DNA of 64,000 nt from Candidatus Omnitrophota bacterium. GTDB taxonomy: Bacteria > Omnitrophota > Gorgyraeia > Zapsychrales > Fredricksoniimonadaceae. Below are positions 37,910 to 48,045 of this stretch, piece after piece. The DNA lies in NCBI GenBank assembly GCA_015228785.1, contig JADGCU010000002.1, positions 16,509 through 80,508 of the forward strand, given 5' to 3'. The stretch's first letter is position 1, and the number at the start of each line of letters is the position of its first letter. The notes under the pieces were generated by a model. It saw only the letters and a list, made by a program, of their open reading frames with translations. It did no database searches and was not told the DNA's origin. Both the position numbers and the translations under genes were made by a program.

Positions 37910-40819
37910 ATGATATGGCGCGTTGAAATTCAAGAAAAATCTGGCATCTTCGATCCCCTGGGCGAAGGGGTCATGCATGATATTGGGGATCTTGGCATTT
38001 CTTCTGTGAAGCATGTTCGGGTCATCAATGTTTTTGTCATTGAGGGCGAGATCATGAAAGCTGATGTGGATACGATCTGCAGTGAGCTTCTCGTCGATCA
38101 GGTTGCGCAGACGTATACATTTTCTGACCATCCTGTTAAAGATCCCTATAAGAATAAAAAAGGATTTAATGTCGTGGAAGTGGCTTATAACATCGGCGTT
38201 ATGGATCCGGTTGAGGCGTCCACCCTGAAAGGCATCCGGGACCTTGGGATCAGTAGAGTGACATCGGTTCGTACGGCCAAGCGGTTTATTATTGAGGGCA
38301 AGCTTTCTGATAAGGAGCTTGAGGTTATTAAAGAGAAGGCCCTGATGAATAAGCTGATCCAGCATGCGGTTTCTGATGAGGCAGCTGTTTTCAGGCATGT
38401 TTCTCTTGATCGCGAGCTAAGAGGCAAGACGGAGGTTGCGATTGTAAAGCTATTGGGTCTTTCTGATAAAGGGCTCATCGAGCTCAGCAGGAAAGGGCAG
38501 CTTTATTTAAATCTTAATGAGATGCGGACGATCCAAAAGCATTTTGCGGCACAGAAGCGTGAACCCACGGATGTGGAGCTTGAGACGATCGCGCAGACCT
38601 GGAGCGAGCATTGTAATCATAAGACGTTTCGTGGGAACATTCGCTATACAGTCAAGGAAAACGGGAAGACAAAGACTGAGGAGATCAAGAATCTTTTGAA
38701 ATCCACGATCGTCAAGGCGACGTATACCCTGGATAAGCCTTGGTGTGTCTCTGTGTTTCATGATAACGCTGGTGTGATTTCGTTTGATGATAAATATAAC
38801 GTTTGTTTTAAGGTGGAAACACATAATCATCCCTCTGCGCTTGAGCCCTTTGGTGGAGCCAATACAGGCGTTGGTGGCGTTATTCGCGATACCTTGGGGA
38901 CAGGTCTTGGGGCTAAGCCGATCTGTAATACGGATGTTTTTTGCTTTGCCCAACCTGAGTATCCTTTTGAGAAGCTTCCGGCCGGCACGCTGCATCCTAA
39001 ACGCGTGATGAAGGGTGTTGTGAGCGGCGTTCGTGATTATGGGAACAAGATGGGTATTCCGACGGTGAATGGGGCCATTTGTTTTCATGAACATTATGTG
39101 GGCAACCCTCTTGTTTTTTGCGGTAATGTGGGATTGATTCCTAAAGGCATGGAGAAGAAGGCGGCATGTAAGGGAGATCTTGTTGTTGTGATTGGCGGGA
39201 AGACAGGGCGAGATGGCATTCACGGAGCCACGTTCTCTTCTGGTGAGCTCACGCATGAATCTGAGGTTGTATCTTCCGGCGCAGTCCAGATCGGCAATCC
39301 TATTGAGGAGAAGAAAGTTTCTGATGTTCTGTTACAGGCGCGTGACGAGGGGCTTTTTAGTGCGGTGACTGATTGTGGCGCTGGTGGCTTGTCGAGTGCG
39401 GTGGGAGAGATGGGTTCGCAGCTTGGCGTGAGGGTTGATCTCGACGCAGTTCCGCTTAAATATCAGGGATTGAATTATACGGAGATTTGGATATCTGAGT
39501 CACAAGAACGCATGGTTCTTTCCGTTCCTCCGGAGAAGATCGAACGCTTTAAAGAGATTTTTGAGGGGGAGAATAATGAGGTGGCGGTTTTGGGGACATA
39601 TACCGGAACCGGACGGCTTGAGCTTTTTTATCATGGCGTTAAGGTTTGTGATCTGGATATGAATTTCTTACATGAGGGGACGCCCAAAATTACTAAAGAG
39701 GCGCTATGGGCAACTCCCAAACATAAGGAACCGAATTTCGCATGTCCTGATGGACTTGGGGACAAACTTAAAGAGGTCCTTTCTGATTATAATGTATGCT
39801 CTAAGGAGGCCGTTGTCCGCCGCTATGATCACGAGGTCCAGGGCGGGAGTATTGTGAAGCCCTTTGTGGGGCCAGCGTGCGATGGGCCGTCTGATGCGAG
39901 CGTTCTTTGTCCGCGTTTGGGGAAGAAAAAAGGCATCGCGATCTCAAATGGTATTAATCCGCGTTTTGGTTTGATCGATCCCTATTGGATGGCCGCTTCC
40001 GCGATTGATGAAGCGGTACGTCAAATAATTTCTGTCGGAGGAGATCTCAGTAAAATCGCTATCCTTGATAATTTTTGTTGGGGGAATCCGGATAAGCCGG
40101 ATCGGTTGGGCGGCTTGGTACGTGCGGCTAAGGGTTGCCATGATCTGGCCGTTGCATACGGGACACCCTTTATTTCCGGCAAGGATAGTTTTTATAATGA
40201 GTATACGGATAAAGGAAAATCAATTGCGATTCCTGGTACGATCCTTATTTCGGCGATCGGGATCGTCGAGGATGTTTCAAAATGCGTGACTATGGATTTG
40301 AAGAAGCCGGGCAATTCGGTTTATATTGTCGGAAAGACATATGATGAGTTGGGTGGGTCAGTTTATCTTTCGACTTATGGCCTGATTGGTAAGGATGTTC
40401 CTGTTGTTCGTTCTAAGGAAGCGATGAAGAATTTCATGGCGATGCAAAAGGCGATCGGGTGCGGACTTGTTGCTTCTTCTCATGATTGTTCCGAAGGCGG
40501 CATTGGTGTGGCTCTCGCTGAAATGGCTTTTGCGGGAGATCTTGGCGTGACCTTGATCCTCAAGAGTGTGCCTTATGAAGGCAAGCGTTATCGTGATGAT
40601 GGGATTATGTTTTCTGAATCAAACTCGCGTTTTCTTGTTGAGGTAGCACCCGAGGATCAAAAGGCTTTTGAACGCATCATGGGTGACGTTTCTTATGCGA
40701 TTATCGGGAAAGTCCTGGAGGACAAAAACGTCTATTATTATGGGCTCAAGGAGAATTTGTGCCTTAAGGCGAATATTCATGAGCTGAAGGAAACCTGGAA
40801 GAAACCACTACAATTTTAA
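37910..40819 (+). CDS. purL: FGAM synthase subunit PurL with two N-terminal PurS-like domains (PurS-PurS-PurL fusion)
   Basis: Two ~80-aa PurS-like repeats, then the small-PurL core (WSEHCNHKTF; ETHNHPSALEPFGGANTG). The start is uncertain (ATG 37910, or upstream 37829). Confidence 0.8.
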   Translation: MIWRVEIQEKSGIFDPLGEGVMHDIGDLGISSVKHVRVINVFVIEGEIMKADVDTICSELLVDQVAQTYTFSDHPVKDPYKNKKGFNVVEVAYNIGVMDPVEASTLKGIRDLGISRVTSVRTAKRFIIEGKLSDKELEVIKEKALMNKLIQHAVSDEAAVFRHVSLDRELRGKTEVAIVKLLGLSDKGLIELSRKGQLYLNLNEMRTIQKHFAAQKREPTDVELETIAQTWSEHCNHKTFRGNIRYTVKENGKTKTEEIKNLLKSTIVKATYTLDKPWCVSVFHDNAGVISFDDKYNVCFKVETHNHPSALEPFGGANTGVGGVIRDTLGTGLGAKPICNTDVFCFAQPEYPFEKLPAGTLHPKRVMKGVVSGVRDYGNKMGIPTVNGAICFHEHYVGNPLVFCGNVGLIPKGMEKKAACKGDLVVVIGGKTGRDGIHGATFSSGELTHESEVVSSGAVQIGNPIEEKKVSDVLLQARDEGLFSAVTDCGAGGLSSAVGEMGSQLGVRVDLDAVPLKYQGLNYTEIWISESQERMVLSVPPEKIERFKEIFEGENNEVAVLGTYTGTGRLELFYHGVKVCDLDMNFLHEGTPKITKEALWATPKHKEPNFACPDGLGDKLKEVLSDYNVCSKEAVVRRYDHEVQGGSIVKPFVGPACDGPSDASVLCPRLGKKKGIAISNGINPRFGLIDPYWMAASAIDEAVRQIISVGGDLSKIAILDNFCWGNPDKPDRLGGLVRAAKGCHDLAVAYGTPFISGKDSFYNEYTDKGKSIAIPGTILISAIGIVEDVSKCVTMDLKKPGNSVYIVGKTYDELGGSVYLSTYGLIGKDVPVVRSKEAMKNFMAMQKAIGCGLVASSHDCSEGGIGVALAEMAFAGDLGVTLILKSVPYEGKRYRDDGIMFSESNSRFLVEVAPEDQKAFERIMGDVSYAIIGKVLEDKNVYYYGLKENLCLKANIHELKETWKKPLQF

Positions 40820-40827
40820 GAGGGCTT

Positions 40828-41505
40828 ATGCCGAATAAAAATGGAAATGGAAAGACGGATTTCTTTGAAATGGATCAGTGGCGCATTTTTCGTATTATGG
40901 CGGAATTTGTCGAAGGGTTTGACCGCATGCGCAAGTTTGAGCATTCGGTCACAATTTTTGGTTCGGCTCGCCTTAAGTCAGATCATAAGATGTATCGGGC
41001 AGCTGAAGAGACGGCTAAGCTCCTTTCTCGCAGCGGCTATGCGGTTATTACTGGGGGAGGCCCGGGAATTATGGAGGCGGGTAATCGCGGTGCATTTTTG
41101 GCGGATGGGGATTCTATTGGTCTTAATATTGAACTTCCCTTTGAGCAGAAGCCCAATCCGTATATTCGGACGCTTGTGAATTTTCATTACTTTTTCTGTC
41201 GCAAGGTCATGTTCGTCAAGTATGCCAAGGCTGTTGTGATCTTTCCTGGTGGCTATGGCACGATGGATGAGCTTTTTGAGAGCCTCACGCTTGTTCAGAC
41301 CGGACGCATGCCTAAAGTGCCGGTTATTTTATTCGGTAGTTATTATTGGCATGGTCTTTTGGAATGGCTGAAGAATATGATGTTAAAGGATGGATGTATC
41401 GATCAGAATGATCTTCATTTGTATCATGTCGTGGATGATCCTAAAGAAGCGGTCAAAATTATTAATGATTTTTATCGTAAGGGTAAAAAGCAGGCAAAGA
41501 AGTAA
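40828..41505 (+). CDS. LOG-family (TIGR00730) nucleotide phosphoribohydrolase
   Basis: GGGPGIMEA and PGGYGTMDEL motifs. Confidence 0.8.
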   Translation: MPNKNGNGKTDFFEMDQWRIFRIMAEFVEGFDRMRKFEHSVTIFGSARLKSDHKMYRAAEETAKLLSRSGYAVITGGGPGIMEAGNRGAFLADGDSIGLNIELPFEQKPNPYIRTLVNFHYFFCRKVMFVKYAKAVVIFPGGYGTMDELFESLTLVQTGRMPKVPVILFGSYYWHGLLEWLKNMMLKDGCIDQNDLHLYHVVDDPKEAVKIINDFYRKGKKQAKK

Positions 41506-42305
41506 TGTCTAGAAAAGCTCGCGTCCTTGTTACTCGTACCGCAGGCACCAATTGCAATGTTGAAACGACATTTGCCTTTGAGCAGTGCGGAGCCCTTGTT
41601 GATGAAGTGCATCTTGAGAGACTCTTCTCAGGGAAGGTTAAGCTTTCGGATTATCACATCTTAGCTTTGCCCGGCGGGTTTAGTTATGGGGATGACATTG
41701 CCTCAGGTCGGATCTTTGCCAATGAGTTACGCCTGAAGCTAGGGGAAGATATTGCCAAGTTTATTAAAGATGGCAAGCTTATGATTGGGATTTGTAACGG
41801 ATTTCAGATCCTTGTCAAAGCGGGTATTTTACCAGGGCCATTTGTGGCATCCAAGACGCTTCAGCAGACCGCGACCCTTTTTCATAATGATTCCGGGAAG
41901 TTTGAGGATCGCTGGACGCATCTTAAGTCCTTGGGGAAGTGTGTTTGGACCAAGGGCATGAAGGATGTTGTTTACTTTCCTGTGGCGCATGGGGAAGGGA
42001 AATTTATTCCGGCGACTCCTAGTGTTTTGAAAGATCTTCAGAATAAGGGGCAGGTTGTATTTCGTTATTGCCGGGCTGATGGCGTAAAGAGTGAGTATCC
42101 TGGAAATCCTAACGGGTCAACGGATGAGATCGCAGGTATTACGGATACGACGGGTCGCATTTTGGGCCTTATGCCTCATCCGGAAAGGCATTTCCTGAAG
42201 ATCCAGCATCCTTTTTGGACGAGATTACCCAAGAAGGGGAAGCTTGGCGATGGTGCACAGGTCTTTCAAAATGGTGTTGATTACGTGAAGAAAAATCTAC
42301 TGTGA
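41505..42305 (+). CDS. purQ: FGAM synthase glutamine amidotransferase subunit
   Basis: GICNGFQIL catalytic Cys motif. Its start shares a nucleotide with the LOG stop (TAATG). Confidence 0.9.
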   Translation: MSRKARVLVTRTAGTNCNVETTFAFEQCGALVDEVHLERLFSGKVKLSDYHILALPGGFSYGDDIASGRIFANELRLKLGEDIAKFIKDGKLMIGICNGFQILVKAGILPGPFVASKTLQQTATLFHNDSGKFEDRWTHLKSLGKCVWTKGMKDVVYFPVAHGEGKFIPATPSVLKDLQNKGQVVFRYCRADGVKSEYPGNPNGSTDEIAGITDTTGRILGLMPHPERHFLKIQHPFWTRLPKKGKLGDGAQVFQNGVDYVKKNLL

Positions 42306-43306
42306 TGAAAAAGAAACTAACATATAAAACAGCTGGTGTTGATATTAAAAAGGCGGATCAGTTTGTGTCTGCGATCAAGGGGCTGGTGAAGTCTACTCGT
42401 GTTTCTGGTGTTATGGATAAGACGAAGGCCTTTGGTTCGCTTTTTGTGCTTCCTAAAGGGTATAAGGAGCCCGTTTTGGTTTCTTCCACGGATGGCGTTG
42501 GCACCAAGCTTTTGGTTGCTAATCTGATTGGTAAACATGATACGGTTGGGATCGATCTTGTCGCAATGAATGTGAATGACGTTCTGTGCGTTGGCGCGAA
42601 GCCCTTGTTCTTTTTGGATTATGTGGCGTGCGGTAAGGTGGACAAGAAGATCCTGGTTGATGTGATGAAGGGCATTGCGGAAGGTTGTCGTCAGGCTGGT
42701 TGCGCTTTGATCGGTGGAGAGACCGCTGAAATGCCGGGGATGTATAAGGCGGAAGATTATGATCTGGCCGGTTTTACGGTCGGGATCGTCGATAAGAAGA
42801 AAATGGTTGATGGTTCCAAGATGAAAGCGGGGGATGCTATTATTGCTCTTCCTTCAAGCGGGATTCATTCAAATGGTTATTCTTTGGTTCGTAAGGCGTT
42901 TTCTCCTGCTGAAATTAAAATGTATGCGAAGCTGATCCTGGAGCCCACACGGATTTATGTGAAGAATGTTCTTCCTCTTGTTGAGAAGTTTGATGTTCAC
43001 GGCATGGCGCACAATACAGGGGGTGCGTTTTATGAGAAATTGACCAAGTGTTTGCCCGATGGCCTTTCATTTCGGATTACTAAAGGTACGTGGCCGATGC
43101 CAAAGGTGTTTGAGCTTATCATGGCCAAGGCCAGTATTGTTGAGCATGAGTTGTATCGTACGTTCAATATGGGAGTTGGTTTTATTGTGGTTGTGAGGAA
43201 GGAAGATGTTGCGGGAGTTCAGAAGATTCTTGCCAAGACGGGCATGCCTTCTTATGTGATCGGGGAAGTTATCAGGCGGAAGAAAGAGAAATTAGAATTA
43301 GTCTAA
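42302..43306 (+). CDS. purM: AIR synthetase
   Basis: PurM signature DGVGTKL…DLVAMNVNDVL. Confidence 0.9.
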   Translation: MMKKKLTYKTAGVDIKKADQFVSAIKGLVKSTRVSGVMDKTKAFGSLFVLPKGYKEPVLVSSTDGVGTKLLVANLIGKHDTVGIDLVAMNVNDVLCVGAKPLFFLDYVACGKVDKKILVDVMKGIAEGCRQAGCALIGGETAEMPGMYKAEDYDLAGFTVGIVDKKKMVDGSKMKAGDAIIALPSSGIHSNGYSLVRKAFSPAEIKMYAKLILEPTRIYVKNVLPLVEKFDVHGMAHNTGGAFYEKLTKCLPDGLSFRITKGTWPMPKVFELIMAKASIVEHELYRTFNMGVGFIVVVRKEDVAGVQKILAKTGMPSYVIGEVIRRKKEKLELV

Positions 43307-43376
43307 CGGATTGTTTTCAGGGTGAAGTAGCGATTTCTTTTTTCACCCTTTCACTTTCGTAATTATTAAGGAGCTT

Positions 43377-44642
43377 ATGAAAATTCTTGTTGTTGGGTCA
43401 GGCGGGCGCGAACATGCCCTTTGCTGGAAGATTAAACAAAACCCTAAGGTCACAGAACTTTATTGTGCGCCGGGAAATGGCGGTATCGCATCGTTGGCTG
43501 AATGCGTGGATATCAAAGCTGATGATATTATTGCGCTTGCGGATTTTGCCCATGAGAAGGGGATTGATTTGACGGTGGTGGGCCCCGAGGTTCCTTTGGT
43601 CAAAGGCATTGTTGATCTTTTTAAGGAAGAGGGTCTTAAGATTTTTGGCCCATCAGAAGCAGCTGCACGTCTTGAAGGCAGTAAGGTGTTTGCCAAGAAT
43701 TTTATGAAGCGCTGGGGCATTCCAACGGCTAAGTATGCAACATTTATGGATGCCAAGGCGGCGGTCGCGTATTTAGCGAATCATTCGTATCCTTTGGTTG
43801 TTAAGGCCAGTGGCCTTGCGGCGGGAAAAGGTGTCATTATTTGTCAGAATCAGTTCGAGGCGGAAGAGGCGATCCAGAAAATCATGGGGGAGAAGATTTT
43901 CAAGGAGGCGGGCAACAACTTAGTTATCGAGGAATTTCTGACAGGTGAAGAGGCGTCGATCTTGGCTGTTTGTGATGGTCAGAGTTTTCTTCTATTGGAT
44001 TCTTCACAGGATCATAAGCGCATTTTTGATGACGACAAGGGACCTAATACTGGTGGCATGGGTGCGTATTCACCGACGCCTGTTGTGACAGATGCGTTGC
44101 GTAAGGTCATTGCGGATACGATCATTCGTCCTGTTGTTGAGGGCATGGCGGATGAAGAGGCGCCGTTTAAGGGAATTTTATATGCGGGGGTCATGATCAC
44201 TCGAGATGGTCCAAAGGTTTTGGAGTTTAATGTGCGCTTTGGTGATCCAGAGACTCAGGCGATCTTGCCAAGGCTCAAGACTGATTTTGTGGAATTGATG
44301 TTGGCTTCTGTTGAGGGCAAGATTAGCAGTCTTTCTTTAGAGTGGGATGAGCGGCCGTGTGTTTGTGTGGTGATGGCGGCTGGTGGATACCCTGGTGATT
44401 ATGTAACGGGTAAGGCAATTAGCGGATTAGATCAGATGTCAACGGGCGCTATTGTTTTTCATGCGGGAACGAAGAAGCAGGGTGATACAATAGTTACATC
44501 TGGCGGGCGGGTTCTCGGTGTTACGGCTCTTGGCAATGGCATTGAGGATGCGATCACGCAGGCGTATAGTGCGATTGCGAAGATTGCTTTCGAGGGCGCG
44601 CATTATCGGAAAGATATTGGCAAGAGAGCATTGAATAGGTGA
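43377..44642 (+). CDS. purD: Phosphoribosylamine-glycine ligase
   Basis: MKILVVGSGGREHAL and an ATP-grasp domain. Confidence 0.9.
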   Translation: MKILVVGSGGREHALCWKIKQNPKVTELYCAPGNGGIASLAECVDIKADDIIALADFAHEKGIDLTVVGPEVPLVKGIVDLFKEEGLKIFGPSEAAARLEGSKVFAKNFMKRWGIPTAKYATFMDAKAAVAYLANHSYPLVVKASGLAAGKGVIICQNQFEAEEAIQKIMGEKIFKEAGNNLVIEEFLTGEEASILAVCDGQSFLLLDSSQDHKRIFDDDKGPNTGGMGAYSPTPVVTDALRKVIADTIIRPVVEGMADEEAPFKGILYAGVMITRDGPKVLEFNVRFGDPETQAILPRLKTDFVELMLASVEGKISSLSLEWDERPCVCVVMAAGGYPGDYVTGKAISGLDQMSTGAIVFHAGTKKQGDTIVTSGGRVLGVTALGNGIEDAITQAYSAIAKIAFEGAHYRKDIGKRALNR

Positions 44643-44676
44643 GACGTCAAACGTCTTAGGTTTTATGGGGGGGGTT

Positions 44677-45153
44677 ATGGAAAAGATTCAGGTTGCGATC
44701 ATGATGGGCAGTAAGAACGATATGCCAATCGTTGAAGAATCTGTCAAAATGCTGGAGTCTTTTGGTATTAAAAATGAGGTAAAGGTTCTTTCCGCTCATC
44801 GCACACCTAAGGAGACGGCGGCGTATGCCGAGGCTTTGATTGGGCGAGGGGTTAAGGTTGTTATTTGTGCTGCTGGTGGGTCTGCTGCGCTTTCGGGAGT
44901 TGTGGCAGCGCATACGAATTTGCCGGTTATCGGGATTCCTCTTGATTCTATGGGCTTTAATGGACTGGACGCATTGTTGTCGACGATTCAGATGCCGCCA
45001 GGTGTTCCGGTCGCAGGCGTTGGCATTGGAAAGCCGGGTGCCAAGAATGCGGCCCTTGTGGCGGTCAGGATCCTTGCCTTGTCAGACCCTTCATTGACAA
45101 AGAAGCTTGAGGATTTTTCGAGAGAGCAGGCGGAGAAGATATTAAAGGGATAA
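44677..45153 (+). CDS. purE: N5-CAIR mutase
   Basis: MGSKNDM…AHRTP…AGGSAAL…IGIP motifs. Start taken at ATG 44677. Confidence 0.85.
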   Translation: MEKIQVAIMMGSKNDMPIVEESVKMLESFGIKNEVKVLSAHRTPKETAAYAEALIGRGVKVVICAAGGSAALSGVVAAHTNLPVIGIPLDSMGFNGLDALLSTIQMPPGVPVAGVGIGKPGAKNAALVAVRILALSDPSLTKKLEDFSREQAEKILKG

Positions 45154-45178
45154 AAAAGGCGCAGGATACGAAATCTTT

Positions 45179-46264
45179 TTGTGTTCTGTGACTCTTGACG
45201 TGAAGACCCCAGTTGTTTCGATCAATCCCAAAGCTCCAGAGCAGGATCGCATTATTACGGCTGCCCGTCATATTCATGATGGGAATTTAGTGATTTTCCC
45301 GACAGAGACTGTTTACGGCATTGCGGCTGATTGGGCCAATCCTTTGGCCATGAAACGGTTGCGTGAGGTCAAGAAACGGGCTTTGGACAAACCGTTTTCC
45401 GTCATGATTTCCCAAAAAGAACTTATTCGTAATTACACTTCCTATGATTCGCCTCAGCTTTATAAGCTCATTGATAAATATTGGCCAGGTCCTTTGACCG
45501 TGATCGTTCCGACAGCCTTGGGTGGATCGACGATCGGGATTCGTATTCCTGATCATCCGGTAGCCTTAAAACTGGTTCAGAACGCACACTGCACGATCGC
45601 GGCTCCGTCGGCTAATTTTGAGGGAAATCCAGCACCCACAACTTGTGAGGAGGCCTTACGCGATCTTGATGGACTGGTGGATTTGGCGGTCGATAGTGGC
45701 AGGGTTGATATCGGAATGGCATCGACTATTGTGGATTTTATGTTTGCCAAGCCTAAAGTTGTCCGTGAGGGAGTTATTCAGCAAAAGGATGTCGATAAAG
45801 TCACGCAGACAAAAACTATCCTTTTTGTTTGTACCGGTAACAGCTGTCGTTCTGTGATGGCGGAGTATCTCTTGCGTAAGATGTTAAAAGGACGCGAAGA
45901 TGTGGCTATTGCTTCTGCTGGTACGGGTGTGATCTTCCCAACATCGGCAAGTCAGGAGGCTGTCAATGTTTTACGGGAGCGCGATATTGATGCGCAGGAG
46001 CATCAATCGCAAGCAGTCACCAATATGCTTTTGAAGAAGTCAGATATGATCTTTGTGATGACGCGGTCTCATCGGGAGCAGGTTCTGGAGCGTGTGCCTG
46101 GTGTTGAAAAGCGGGTTTACCTTTTAGGTGAGTTTCAGGGGTTGCCGATCAAGCGCGAATCGGATCTTGACATTTCAGATCCGATCGGCCGGTCCCATGT
46201 GCAGTATCAAGAATGCGCTCGCATGATTCAGGATTGTTTGGAAAAGATTATTCAATTGATTTGA
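45179..46264 (+). CDS. Fusion protein: N-terminal YrdC/TsaC threonylcarbamoyl-AMP synthase domain plus C-terminal low-molecular-weight protein (Tyr/Arg) phosphatase domain (YwlE-like)
   Basis: YrdC signature LVIFPTETVYGIAAD. C-terminal P-loop CTGNSCRS and an Asp loop (DISDPIG). Confidence 0.75.
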   Translation: MCSVTLDVKTPVVSINPKAPEQDRIITAARHIHDGNLVIFPTETVYGIAADWANPLAMKRLREVKKRALDKPFSVMISQKELIRNYTSYDSPQLYKLIDKYWPGPLTVIVPTALGGSTIGIRIPDHPVALKLVQNAHCTIAAPSANFEGNPAPTTCEEALRDLDGLVDLAVDSGRVDIGMASTIVDFMFAKPKVVREGVIQQKDVDKVTQTKTILFVCTGNSCRSVMAEYLLRKMLKGREDVAIASAGTGVIFPTSASQEAVNVLRERDIDAQEHQSQAVTNMLLKKSDMIFVMTRSHREQVLERVPGVEKRVYLLGEFQGLPIKRESDLDISDPIGRSHVQYQECARMIQDCLEKIIQLI

Positions 46265-46274
46265 GAGGTCATTT

Positions 46275-46745
46275 GTGAAGAAATTTACTATCTTTATTGG
46301 TGCGGATCATCGTGGATTTGTCTTTAAGGAGAAAATCTCCTCGGCTTTACGTTCTTTGGGGCATGAGGTCGTTGATGTGGGAACATATGTTCTGGATCCG
46401 CCATGTGATTATCCGGCAATTTCCTATGAGGTGGGAAAGAATGTTGTCGCCCATAAGAGTAGTCGTGGGATTTTGGTATGTTTGACGGGGATCGGACATT
46501 CCATGGCGGCCAATAAGGTTCCTGGGGTGTACGCGGCGTTGTGTTATTCTAAAGAAGCCGCGGAGCTTTCTCGTCGTCATAATAATGCAAATGTGCTGGT
46601 TTTGGGATCGAATTTTGTCAGCGAGAACACCATGATGGAGATCATTCGGGTTTGGATAGAGACGCCTTTTGAGGGAGGACGGCATCTGAGGCGTATTAAG
46701 CAAATTCAGGCTATTGAGCGGAAGTTTATGAAGGTGAAGAAATAA
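46275..46745 (+). CDS. rpiB: Ribose-5-phosphate isomerase B
   Basis: RpiB/LacAB family (GADHRGF…LVCLTGIGHSMAANK). GTG start with RBS GAGAGG. Confidence 0.85.
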   Translation: MKKFTIFIGADHRGFVFKEKISSALRSLGHEVVDVGTYVLDPPCDYPAISYEVGKNVVAHKSSRGILVCLTGIGHSMAANKVPGVYAALCYSKEAAELSRRHNNANVLVLGSNFVSENTMMEIIRVWIETPFEGGRHLRRIKQIQAIERKFMKVKK

Positions 46746-46796
46746 GTTTTCGGGCTTTTTGTTAAGGTTCTTTATTTTTAATTTGGAGAAGATGTC

Positions 46797-48041
46797 ATGA
46801 AGTATTTAGAGAGTGCTGATAGCGAAGTTTTTCAGGCCATGAAACACGAGCTTGCGCGTCAGCAAGAGAATCTCGAGCTCATTGCCTCAGAGAATATTGT
46901 GTCTCTAGCGGTCATGGAGGCCATGGGCTCGGTGATGACTAACAAGTATGCTGAAGGTTATCCGGCGGCTCGCTGGTATAACGGTTGTGAGAATGTGGAT
47001 ATTGTCGAGCAACTTGCGATCGATCGCCTGAAAAAGATCTTCGGGGCTGATCATGCCAATGTTCAGGCGCATTCAGGTTCTCAGGCGAATACAGCTGTGT
47101 ATCTGGCCGCACTTAAGACGGGGGATACATTGATGGGGTTGGATCTTGCTTGTGGGGGACATTTAACCCACGGGCTTAAGATCAATATCTCCGGGCGTCT
47201 TTACAATATTGTTTCCTATAAGGTTGATCCCAAGACTGAGCGCATTGACATGGATGAGGTGGAGCGTATTGCGCTTGAGCACAAGCCGAAGATGATCATT
47301 GCAGGATATTCCGCCTACTCACGTGTTTTGGATTTCAAACGTTTTCGTGAGATCTGTGATAAGGTCGGTGCGTATCTTTTTGTTGATATGGCGCATTTTG
47401 CAGGACTTGTCGCAGCTGGCGTTCATCCCAGTCCTGTACCGTATGCCGAGTTTGTTACGTCGACTACTCATAAGACCCTTCGTGGTCCGCGTGGTGGCAT
47501 TATTCTTTGCCGGGCTGAGTTTGCCAAGAAGATTGATGCGGCGATCTTCCCTGGTATTCAGGGAGGGCCTTTGATGCATGTGATCGCGGCTAAAGCCGTG
47601 GCCTTTGGGGAAGCGCTTAAGCCCGATTTTAAAATGTATCAAGAGCAGATTGTGAAGAATGCCAAGGCATTCGCCGCTGCTATGGAGAAGCGCGGATTTC
47701 GCATTGTGTCTGGGGGAACAGACAATCATTTGTTCATGGTTGATCTGCGTCCTAAGAACATTACAGGGAAGGATGCGGCAACTCTCCTTGATACGGTCAA
47801 GATCACGGTTAATAAGAATCTTGTGCCGTTCGATTCTCAGCCGCCGACTGTGACCAGCGGTATTCGTATTGGGACGCCGGCCTTGACAACGCGAGGGATG
47901 AAAGAATCTCAGATGGAGCAAGTGGCGGATCTTATTGACCAGGCGATCACAGGGCGTGATAACCCGGCTGTTTTGGAGAAGGTACGTGCCCAAGTCGCTG
48001 AGCTGACAAAGAAATTTCCGATCTACGAAGGGTTGATGTGA
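46797..48041 (+). CDS. glyA: Serine hydroxymethyltransferase
   Basis: Full-length SHMT similarity (…[12 protein letters not shown]…). Confidence 0.9.
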   Translation: MKYLESADSEVFQAMKHELARQQENLELIASENIVSLAVMEAMGSVMTNKYAEGYPAARWYNGCENVDIVEQLAIDRLKKIFGADHANVQAHSGSQANTAVYLAALKTGDTLMGLDLACGGHLTHGLKINISGRLYNIVSYKVDPKTERIDMDEVERIALEHKPKMIIAGYSAYSRVLDFKRFREICDKVGAYLFVDMAHFAGLVAAGVHPSPVPYAEFVTSTTHKTLRGPRGGIILCRAEFAKKIDAAIFPGIQGGPLMHVIAAKAVAFGEALKPDFKMYQEQIVKNAKAFAAAMEKRGFRIVSGGTDNHLFMVDLRPKNITGKDAATLLDTVKITVNKNLVPFDSQPPTVTSGIRIGTPALTTRGMKESQMEQVADLIDQAITGRDNPAVLEKVRAQVAELTKKFPIYEGLM

Positions 48042-48045
48042 GCCT

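Noticed and set aside
43320-43348. Hairpin GGGTGAA…TTCACCC between purM and purD, considered as a terminator.
   Set aside because: The T-tract is inside the loop or 5' of the 3' arm rather than following the stem. It is more likely an intra-operon structure than a terminator.
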